From assembly GCA_037131245.1 (NCBI GenBank), contig JBAXRK010000005.1, positions 5,475 through 69,474 of the forward strand: 64,000 nt of DNA, read 5' to 3'. Under the pieces are notes generated by a model that saw nothing but the letters and a program-made list of their open reading frames with translations, was not told where the DNA came from and did no database searches. Made by a program: the position numbers and the translations under genes. The DNA comes from Candidatus Omnitrophota bacterium. Lineage in GTDB: Bacteria; Omnitrophota; Gorgyraeia; Zapsychrales; Fredricksoniimonadaceae. Position 1 is the stretch's first letter; each line of letters opens with the position of its first letter. This document shows, piece after piece, positions 46,265 to 53,882 of the stretch.

Positions 46265-47388
46265 TCCCCTTCAACAAGCCTTACGTTGCCGGAAAAGAGT
46301 TCTCCTACATTAAGCAGGCGATCCAAAAGGGCCAGCTGGCGGGCAATGGTTTCTTCACCAAGCAATGCGAAGCCTGGCTGGAGAACCGTTTCGGTTGCGC
46401 CAAAGCTCTGTTGACTCACTCATGCACCGCGTCCCTCGAAATGGCAGCTATTTTGTCCGGGGTGAAGCCAGGTGATGACGTGATCATGCCTTCCTATACG
46501 TTTGTTTCCACGGCCAATGCTTTCGCTCTGCGAGGGGCCAGGATCGTCTTTGTGGATATCCGTCCTGATACCATGAACATCGATGAGACAAAGATCGCGG
46601 CGGCCATAACACCCCGCACCAGGGCCATTGTGCCGGTTCATTACGGCGGGGTGGCTTGCGATATGGATACGATCATGGCGCTGGCCCGGAAGCACCGGCT
46701 ATGCGTGGTCGAAGACGCGGCGCAAGGCGTGATGGCGCGCTATAAGGGAAAATACCTGGGGGCTATCGGGCATATCGGCTGTTACAGTTTCCATGAAACA
46801 AAAAATTATACGTGCGGCGAGGGTGGTGCGATCGCGCTGAATGACCGCCGCTTTATTGAGCGGGCCGAGATCATCAGGGAAAAAGGGACCGACCGTTCCC
46901 GCTTCCTCAGGGGTCAGGTGGATAAATATACGTGGGTCGATATAGGGTCTTCTTATGTCCCGGCCGAACTCAATGCGGCTTTCTTGTCTGCTCAATTGGA
47001 GAGCGCCGATGAGATCGCCGCTAAAAGGATAGGCCTGTGGGACCTGTACTATAAGAGTTTGCTGCCTCTGTCTGATCGCGGCGTGATCAGCCTGCCGCAT
47101 ATTCCAAAGGACTGCGCCCATAGCGCGCATATGTTCTATATCAAGGTTAAGGATCTCAAAACCAGGGGCCGGCTGATCGATCATCTTAAAGCCGCTGGCA
47201 TCCTGAGTGTTTTTCATTATATCCCTCTTCATTCCTCCAAAGCGGGGAAACGCTTCGGCCGGTTTTCCGGGAAGGATGAATGGACGACCAAAGAAAGCCT
47301 GCGGCTGCTGCGGCTGCCGCTTTTCGGCGACCTGACGCCGGGGAATGTCCGCTTGATCGTCAACACGATAAAAAAATTCTATGTTTAG
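46258..47388 (+). CDS. wecE: dTDP-4-amino-4,6-dideoxy-hexose transaminase (WecE/RffA-like)
   Basis: Collinear similarity to my memory of E. coli WecE: IPFNKP, LLTHSCTASLEMAA, VIMPSYTFVSTANAF, FVDIRPDTMNIDET, VPVHYGGVACDMD, VVEDAAQGV, GCYSFHETKNYT, IIREKGTDRS, VDKYTWVDIGSSY, HMFYIKV, LRLPLF. Confidence 0.8.
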   Translation: MLIPFNKPYVAGKEFSYIKQAIQKGQLAGNGFFTKQCEAWLENRFGCAKALLTHSCTASLEMAAILSGVKPGDDVIMPSYTFVSTANAFALRGARIVFVDIRPDTMNIDETKIAAAITPRTRAIVPVHYGGVACDMDTIMALARKHRLCVVEDAAQGVMARYKGKYLGAIGHIGCYSFHETKNYTCGEGGAIALNDRRFIERAEIIREKGTDRSRFLRGQVDKYTWVDIGSSYVPAELNAAFLSAQLESADEIAAKRIGLWDLYYKSLLPLSDRGVISLPHIPKDCAHSAHMFYIKVKDLKTRGRLIDHLKAAGILSVFHYIPLHSSKAGKRFGRFSGKDEWTTKESLRLLRLPLFGDLTPGNVRLIVNTIKKFYV

Positions 47389-49048
47389 GGTGAAAGAGGA
47401 TGGTGTTTATCTTCTGTTGATCCTGGCGGCTGCCGCGCTGATGGCCTGGCCTTTGTTGAGCCGGGGGCTCATTTACGGCCATGATGCGATCACCTATTTC
47501 ATCAAGGCGGTCACCGTCCATCAGTCCTGGCGCGAGGGCGACTTTTTATCGCGCTGGTCCCCGCATATCAATCACGGGTACGGTTATCCCAGCCTGAACT
47601 TTTATTCCCCACTCTTCTCCTACATCGCGGCTTTTTTCATGTTCTTCTTTTCGCTGGCGGCGGGTTTTCATGCCGCGATTTTTCTTTGTTTGTTCTTGTC
47701 GGGCGTCACCATGTATTTCTTCGCCCGGGAAGTGTGGGGCAATGAGGGCGGGCTAGTAGCGTCGATCGCTTATCTTTTCGCGCCGTATCATATCCTTGAT
47801 ATTTACGTACGCGGCGCGGTGGGCGAGGCGGCGTCTTTTATTTTCTTTCCCATGATCCTGTTAGCTTTTTTCCGGCTTTCACGGACGATCTCGGTTCGGG
47901 ATGTACTCATCGGGATAGTCGGGGTGGCCGGCCTTATTCTGGCCCATCCTTTGGCGACGTTTATTTTTCTGCCGGCTGCCTTCGTTTATGCTTTGGTCCT
48001 GGCGCTTTTTGAAGGGCGCTTTGCCTGGCGCAATTTGCTCGCGATGGGGTTCGTTTTCGCCGGTGCTTTTCTTTTGTCGGCGTATTTTTTGTTGCCGGCC
48101 ATGCTTGAGCAGAAATTCGTGCATGTTGAGAAATTCCTCGGGTTTGATTACCGGCAGCATTTCATTTATCTTGATCAGATATTTTACTCGCCCTGGGGTT
48201 TCGGGGATTCGGCGGGGCGGCAGTCCGGGATGTCTTTTATGGCCGGGATGGTCCAGCTAGCCTTGTCCTTGCTCGTGATTGTGTTGGGGTGGCGGATCAT
48301 TCCGGTGGTCAAGCGCTCCGGGCTTCAGGTGCTGTTCTTTGGGGTGCTTTTGATCGTGGCGGCTTTTTTTACTACGGGGGCATCGTCATTTTACTGGGAG
48401 CATATCCCCAAGTTGCCCTACGTCCAGTTCCCATGGCGATTTTTGCTGTTGATCACGCTGGCCCTTTCTTTTCTGTCCGGCGGCGTGGTCTGGCTGTTCA
48501 CCGGAATATCCCGTCGGATAGCTTTAGTCTGCGTTTGCGCTTTGCTCATCGGGTTTAATATGGCCTATTGCCGGCCTTCGCGCTTCATTCCTGTTGACCA
48601 GGCGCGTTCGTCGGCCGCGTTCGTGGAGCAATTAACGCCGCGGGAAACGACGGGGTTCCTGCCGATGTGGGTCCGTAATGAAGCGATTGCGCCTTATGCC
48701 CAAAAGCTTCAGGTGATTCAAGGTGAGGCTCAGGTGACAGATCAGGGGGGGCGCTCGCTTGACAGGCTTTTCCATGTGAGTGCCGCCCAGCCTGCCGCCT
48801 TGTGTTTTTATTCCTATTATTTCCCCGGTTGGGAGGTTTTCGTTAACGGTGTAGCGACGGAGATCCATCCCGAGAATCCTTTCGGCCTTATCATTTTTGC
48901 CGTGCCGGCCGGAGACCTTTCCGTGCGGGTGCGTTTTGGCACGACCCCGGTCAGGCAATGGGGGGAAGGCATATCTTTAGTGATGCTGGGGTTTATCATC
49001 TTTCTCCTGTTTTTCCGAAAAAAGATCGATCGTTCCCTTCGCACATAA
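47381..49048 (+). CDS. polytopic membrane protein, GT-C/YfhO-like glycosyltransferase candidate
   Basis: 555 aa; GHDAITYF...SRWSPHINHGYGYP N-terminal motif region, more than 10 TM helices, C-terminal beta-rich domain plus terminal TM helix. Confidence 0.55.
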   Translation: MFRVKEDGVYLLLILAAAALMAWPLLSRGLIYGHDAITYFIKAVTVHQSWREGDFLSRWSPHINHGYGYPSLNFYSPLFSYIAAFFMFFFSLAAGFHAAIFLCLFLSGVTMYFFAREVWGNEGGLVASIAYLFAPYHILDIYVRGAVGEAASFIFFPMILLAFFRLSRTISVRDVLIGIVGVAGLILAHPLATFIFLPAAFVYALVLALFEGRFAWRNLLAMGFVFAGAFLLSAYFLLPAMLEQKFVHVEKFLGFDYRQHFIYLDQIFYSPWGFGDSAGRQSGMSFMAGMVQLALSLLVIVLGWRIIPVVKRSGLQVLFFGVLLIVAAFFTTGASSFYWEHIPKLPYVQFPWRFLLLITLALSFLSGGVVWLFTGISRRIALVCVCALLIGFNMAYCRPSRFIPVDQARSSAAFVEQLTPRETTGFLPMWVRNEAIAPYAQKLQVIQGEAQVTDQGGRSLDRLFHVSAAQPAALCFYSYYFPGWEVFVNGVATEIHPENPFGLIIFAVPAGDLSVRVRFGTTPVRQWGEGISLVMLGFIIFLLFFRKKIDRSLRT

Positions 49049-49061
49049 CACATCTCCTTTC

Positions 49062-49089
49062 TTGACAAAAACATCCTGCCTATTATAAT
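49062..49089 (+). promoter_or_regulatory. near-consensus sigma70 promoter (TTGACA, 16 nt spacer, TATAAT)
   Basis: TTGACA 49062..49067, TATAAT 49084..49089, in the only intergenic gap near 100 nt in the second cluster, 57 nt upstream of the MarR-like gene. Confidence 0.6.
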
Positions 49090-49106
49090 TGTTCAACTAA
49101 TGAACA
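49090..49106. promoter_or_regulatory. palindromic operator candidate TGTTCA-N5-TGAACA
   Basis: Perfect 6-bp inverted repeat directly abutting the -10 hexamer and covering the expected transcription start. Confidence 0.4.
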
Positions 49107-49146
49107 TTCGTTTATTTTCGTTTTAATTGAATGATACGAGCGATTT

Positions 49147-49689
49147 ATGGATGAGCGAGAATTTGAGTTGATCAATATTATTGGAGGTGATCTGGGTTCC
49201 AATCAAAGGGACCTTTCCCGCCAGATGAACCTGTCTTTGGGCATGACCAATATGCTCATCCGCCGGCTTATTACCAAAGGGTATATCCGCATCCAGCAGC
49301 TTAATAAGAAGAAAGTTGATTACCTTTTGACCCCCAAGGGTTTCTCGGAGAAAATGCGTAAATCGGTCCGTTATACCATGAAGACGATCGGGTCTATCGG
49401 GCTGATCCGGCAGAGTATTTCGCGTTTACTTCAGGACCTGTATGGCCAGGGGGCGCGTAAGTTTTATGTTTTGGGCGGTTCCGACCTGGCGGTGCTTATT
49501 GAGATGGCGATCCGCGAGGAATCCTTTGTTGATTGTGTTTTGGTGAGGGTGGATGACGCGGCCCAGGCCAAAGCCGATGGTGTTTTGCTGGTTTGCCGGG
49601 AGCAGGTCGGGGAAAAACAGGCTGAGGGTGTTCGGGTGGTCAATGTTATCGAGGAGCTAGCCAAGGATGAGCTGGTCATTGGGCAATAA
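49147..49689 (+). CDS. winged-helix MarR-like regulator (EPS-associated MarR type)
   Basis: N-terminal wHTH (NQRDLSRQMNLSLGMTNMLIRRLITKGYI...LTPKG) plus about 90 aa C-terminal domain. Confidence 0.6.
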   Translation: MDEREFELINIIGGDLGSNQRDLSRQMNLSLGMTNMLIRRLITKGYIRIQQLNKKKVDYLLTPKGFSEKMRKSVRYTMKTIGSIGLIRQSISRLLQDLYGQGARKFYVLGGSDLAVLIEMAIREESFVDCVLVRVDDAAQAKADGVLLVCREQVGEKQAEGVRVVNVIEELAKDELVIGQ

Positions 49690-50419
49690 ATTTCATTACG
49701 GCTGGGTACCGGATATCCCGGACAGCCGCGACTTGTTTTATAGTGCGATCCGTTCAAGGTTGAAGGTCGCGCCTTTGGTGGATTTGCGAAATGCCTGCTC
49801 GGTGGTGGAAGACCAGGGGCGCCTGGGTAGTTGCACGGCGAACGCGCTGGCGGGCAATCTTGAGTTCCTTGATAAGAAAGCCGATGGGGCATACGCGGAT
49901 GTTAGCCGGTTGTTCATTTATTACAATGAACGGATGCTTCAGGGGAATGTCGACGCTGATGCCGGGGCGTCGCTCCGTAACGGGATCAAGACCTTGGCCA
50001 AGTCCGGAGCTTGCGCGGAGACACTGTGGCCGTACGATATCGCGAAATTTGCCGATAAACCGGTAGTGCGCTGTTATGCCGAGGCGAAGAAGCATCGGAT
50101 ATTGTCGTATCACCGGATCATGAACCTCAATGAAATGCTATCTTGCCTGTCGGAGGGCTTTCCTTTCGTATTCGGGTTCGCGGTCTATGAAAGTTTGCAG
50201 ACGCCGCTGGTGGCGAAGTCCGGCAAGGTGCCGATGCCGAAGAAGACCGAGCGGATGCTCGGCGGCCACGCGGTCCTGGCCGTGGGCTATGATCTGAAGG
50301 CAAAACGGTTCCTGGTGCGTAATTCCTGGGGCGAAGGTTGGGGCATGGGCGGGTATTTCACCATGCCGTTCGCCTATTTAGAAACCCTGGCGGCGGATTT
50401 CTGGACGATAAGAAAATGA
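49667..50419 (+). CDS. papain-like cysteine peptidase (MEROPS C1 family)
   Basis: Catalytic set present: Q..GSCTANA (Gln, Cys), GGHAVLAVGYD (His), VRNSWGEGWG (Asn-Ser-Trp). Confidence 0.75.
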   Translation: MSWSLGNKFHYGWVPDIPDSRDLFYSAIRSRLKVAPLVDLRNACSVVEDQGRLGSCTANALAGNLEFLDKKADGAYADVSRLFIYYNERMLQGNVDADAGASLRNGIKTLAKSGACAETLWPYDIAKFADKPVVRCYAEAKKHRILSYHRIMNLNEMLSCLSEGFPFVFGFAVYESLQTPLVAKSGKVPMPKKTERMLGGHAVLAVGYDLKAKRFLVRNSWGEGWGMGGYFTMPFAYLETLAADFWTIRK

Positions 50420-51441
50420 CAAATAAACGCATTCTGGTCACGGGCGGCGCGGGGTATATCGGTTCGCATACGGTAATTGAATTGATCGCGGCGGGATATG
50501 AGCCGGTCATTCTGGATAATCTGTCGAATTCCGACCGCAAGATCCTCAAGAATATTAATAAGCTGGCCGGGTATCAGGTTCCGTTCGTGTTCGGTGATTG
50601 CGCCGACCCTGTTATCGTAGGGAAAGTGTATAAAAAGTACGGACCGTTCAAAGGGATCGTTCATTTCGCGGCGCTCAAAGCGGTGCAGGAATCTATCCAT
50701 CAGCCGCTGCGGTATTATCGTAATAATCTTGACGGTTTAATGTCGCTGCTTGAAGCGGCGGGTCAGCACGGCACCGGAGCGTTTGTTTTTTCTTCGTCAT
50801 GTACTGTTTATGGTCAGCCGGACAAGCTTCCGGTGCGGGAGACGACACCGCTCAAAGATGCCGAGTGCCCTTACGGGGACACCAAAGAAATGGCCGAGCG
50901 TATTCTGCACGCGGTGGTGCGTGGCGGCGCGGCGCTGCGGATCGTGGCCCTGCGCTATTTTAATCCCATCGGCGCGCATGCGTCGGGACTGATCGGGGAA
51001 TTGCCGATCGGGGCGCCCAAGAACCTAGTGCCTTTGGTGACCCAGGCGGCGGCTGGCAATCGCGGCCAGTTAACCGTTTACGGTGATGATTACAATACGC
51101 CGGATGGCACATGTATCCGTGATTATATCCATGTGGTCGATCTGGCCAAAGCGCATGTGCGGGCGCTGGCGTATTTACAAAAACAGAAAGAGCCGTCTTT
51201 TTACGATATTTTTAACGTGGGCACGGGCCGCGGCGTGAGCGTCATGGAGCTGCTGCGTACCTTTGAGAAGGAAACTGGCGTGAAGGTGCCTTACAAGGTT
51301 GGCCCTCGCCGTGCCGGGGATATTGAAAAGATCTATGCCAGCGTTGATAAGGCCACGAAGGTCCTGGGGTGGAAGGCCGAGTTGACGGTCAAGGACGCGC
51401 TCAAGAGCGCCTGGGCGTGGGAGACCGGATACTGTGCTTAG
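50416..51441 (+). CDS. galE: UDP-glucose 4-epimerase
   Basis: Track ORF 50338..51441; ATG 50416 (ATGA overlap); ILVTGGAGYIGSH, SSSCTVYG, YGDTK, RYFNPIGAH. Confidence 0.85.
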   Translation: MTNKRILVTGGAGYIGSHTVIELIAAGYEPVILDNLSNSDRKILKNINKLAGYQVPFVFGDCADPVIVGKVYKKYGPFKGIVHFAALKAVQESIHQPLRYYRNNLDGLMSLLEAAGQHGTGAFVFSSSCTVYGQPDKLPVRETTPLKDAECPYGDTKEMAERILHAVVRGGAALRIVALRYFNPIGAHASGLIGELPIGAPKNLVPLVTQAAAGNRGQLTVYGDDYNTPDGTCIRDYIHVVDLAKAHVRALAYLQKQKEPSFYDIFNVGTGRGVSVMELLRTFEKETGVKVPYKVGPRRAGDIEKIYASVDKATKVLGWKAELTVKDALKSAWAWETGYCA

Positions 51442-53230
51442 TTTGATCTCCAGGCTGATGCAGATCTTCGACCGGAAAGACATGCCTAGTTTTATTTGCC
51501 TGGGTTTGGCGAACCTGCTCAATTCTTTTCTGGAGATCCTGGGGATCGGTTTGTTGTTACCGCTGGTCGCGTTCCTGGGCAAGCCCGAGCTGGTGCATTC
51601 GAATCCGATCGTGGCCCGGGTGTATGACGGGTTCCATTTTCAGTCTTTCCCGCAGTTCATTATTGTGATCGCGTCCGGCGTGATCGCTGTTTTTGTTGCC
51701 AAGGCCTTGCTCCTGACGGTCATTTCTTTCTGGCAGGCGAAGTTTGTCCTGGAAAAGAAGACGTTCCTGAAAGCACGCTTGTTCCGCGGGTATCTCATGA
51801 GCCCGTACACGTTCCATTTAAAGAGCGACCTGGCGCGCATGCAGCGCAATCTGGAGCTGGTGGATTCCGTGATGAGCAATAGCGTCCTGCAGCTCTTTTA
51901 TATATTTACCGAGCTGGTTTTGGTGCTGTGTTTGTTCCTGGTCCTGCTGGTAACGTATCCGTTGCTGACTTTGCTGGCCGCGGGTTCTCTGGGCGGAGCG
52001 TTTGGCGTTTTTGTGGCTTGTACCAAGGGGCGTTTACGGACCTGGGGTGAGATCGCCGGCCGGCATAAGGTGCGGATGCTGCAGCAGGTCAATCAGGGGC
52101 TTGGCAGTATCAAAGAGGTCAAGATCTTCGGTAAAGAAGACTTTTTTGCCGGACACTATCGGCATCATGTCGCGCAGTATTCCTGGCAGGAGACAAAAGC
52201 CGAGCTGGTCAGCAAGGCACCCCGGTTATTTATTGAAGTGCTTGTGGTCGGCCTGGTGATGCTGGGAGTGATCTACTGCATGTGGACCGGCAAGGCTTCG
52301 GAGAAGATCTTTGTGACGATATCGCTTTTTGTTGTCGTCGCGGTCAGGTTGATGCCGAGCATGAACCGCATTAGTGCCGGTTGGGCCAGCATCCGTAACA
52401 GTTCTGCTTATTTTGATCAGATCTACGGCGATCTTGTTGCATCGGCCGGTGTGATCGATGAACGGCTGGCGGTGGATCGTATCCTGCTCCCGTTTCAACG
52501 GGAGTTACGGCTGGAGGCGATCGATTTTTCTTATGAGGGGGCGGAATGTCGGGCACTCGATGGGGTCAGTTTGACCGTCCCCAAGAACGCGACGGTTGGT
52601 TTTGTTGGCCCCTCAGGTGCCGGGAAGACGACGGTGATCGATATTATTATCGGCGTCCTTAAGCCCGCGCAGGGGCGGGTGCTGGTGGATGGCGTGGATG
52701 TTCAGGGCCGGATCCGTGCCTGGCAGGATCAGATCGGGTATATTCCGCAGGCTATTTATTTGTGCAACGAGTCGATCCGCCAGAATGTCGCTTTCGGGAT
52801 CGAGCCGGAGAAGATCGACGATACAAAAGTATGGCGGGCGCTTGAATTGGCCCAGTTGGACGTTTTTGTTAAGGGCCTGCCTTCCGGTCTTCTGACTGAG
52901 ATCGGAGAGCGAGGCGTGCGCCTTTCCGGCGGGCAGCGGCAGCGTATCGGCATCGCCCGGGCTCTGTACAATGACCCTGCCGTCCTGGTGATGGACGAGG
53001 CGACCGCGGCGTTGGACAATGAGACCGAGCGTGATTTCATGGATTCATTAACCAGCCTGAGCGGCTCGAAAACGATCCTGATCATTGCGCATCGGCTCAC
53101 CACGGTGCAGGCTTGCGATGTGATCTTCTTTATGAAGGATGGAAAATTGGTGTCATCCGGGCGTTACGATCAGTTAACAGCCCAATGCCAGGAATTTCGC
53201 GATATGGCCGGGGCAGGGATAACGGCTTGA
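51434..53230 (+). CDS. fused TMD-NBD ABC exporter (PglK/MsbA-like)
   Basis: Six TM helices, Walker A GPSGAGKTT, LSGGQRQR, VLVMDEATAALD; GTG 51434 or ATG 51458 start. Confidence 0.8.
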   Translation: MLSLISRLMQIFDRKDMPSFICLGLANLLNSFLEILGIGLLLPLVAFLGKPELVHSNPIVARVYDGFHFQSFPQFIIVIASGVIAVFVAKALLLTVISFWQAKFVLEKKTFLKARLFRGYLMSPYTFHLKSDLARMQRNLELVDSVMSNSVLQLFYIFTELVLVLCLFLVLLVTYPLLTLLAAGSLGGAFGVFVACTKGRLRTWGEIAGRHKVRMLQQVNQGLGSIKEVKIFGKEDFFAGHYRHHVAQYSWQETKAELVSKAPRLFIEVLVVGLVMLGVIYCMWTGKASEKIFVTISLFVVVAVRLMPSMNRISAGWASIRNSSAYFDQIYGDLVASAGVIDERLAVDRILLPFQRELRLEAIDFSYEGAECRALDGVSLTVPKNATVGFVGPSGAGKTTVIDIIIGVLKPAQGRVLVDGVDVQGRIRAWQDQIGYIPQAIYLCNESIRQNVAFGIEPEKIDDTKVWRALELAQLDVFVKGLPSGLLTEIGERGVRLSGGQRQRIGIARALYNDPAVLVMDEATAALDNETERDFMDSLTSLSGSKTILIIAHRLTTVQACDVIFFMKDGKLVSSGRYDQLTAQCQEFRDMAGAGITA

Positions 53231-53243
53231 GGAGAGATTAACA

Positions 53244-53882
53244 GTGTCCAGTTTTGTCAGTGCTACGCGTTATTATTTGGATCGTTACTTGCAGGGTATC
53301 CCTTTTTCCGGCCGCGTCATCGACATGGGTGGCCGCCGGGGAAATACCCGGGGCTCTTTCCGTCCGCCGCTTGACCGTGTGGCCTGCTGGGAATTTGTCA
53401 ATAAGGACCCGTCGGCGAAACCGGATTATTTGTGCGGTGTTGAGGCGGTTCCGGTCAAGGATGGCGGCTATGATTGGGTGGTTTTTACCGAAGTGCTTGA
53501 GTATGTTGACGATCCGCGGGCGGCTTTGAAAGAATGCGCGCGAGTGCTAAAGCCCGGAGGGGAGATTGTCGCGTCGATCCCTTTTTTGTACCCGGTGCAT
53601 CCGGATCCCTTTGACCTCCAGCGGTGGACGCCGGAGAAGCTTCGTCGCGAATTTGAAGGTGCCGGCTTGCGGATAAAGGAACTATTGCCGCGCGGCGGGA
53701 TCGTGGCGGTCATTTTGGACCTGATCAATTTTTATCATGACGCTCCGCGGTTGACCTTCGGGATGAAATTGTTCCGGGTGATCTTTGTGCGGGTGGCACC
53801 GTTCTTTCTCTGGTTTGACCGCGGGACGCGGTATAAGGAGTCATTAACGACCGGTTATCTGATCAGGGCGGTGAAGCCATGA
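53244..53882 (+). CDS. class I SAM-dependent methyltransferase
   Basis: VIDMGG motif I, VVFTEVLEYVDDP, LKPGG; GAGGAG upstream of GTG 53244. Confidence 0.6.
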   Translation: MSSFVSATRYYLDRYLQGIPFSGRVIDMGGRRGNTRGSFRPPLDRVACWEFVNKDPSAKPDYLCGVEAVPVKDGGYDWVVFTEVLEYVDDPRAALKECARVLKPGGEIVASIPFLYPVHPDPFDLQRWTPEKLRREFEGAGLRIKELLPRGGIVAVILDLINFYHDAPRLTFGMKLFRVIFVRVAPFFLWFDRGTRYKESLTTGYLIRAVKP

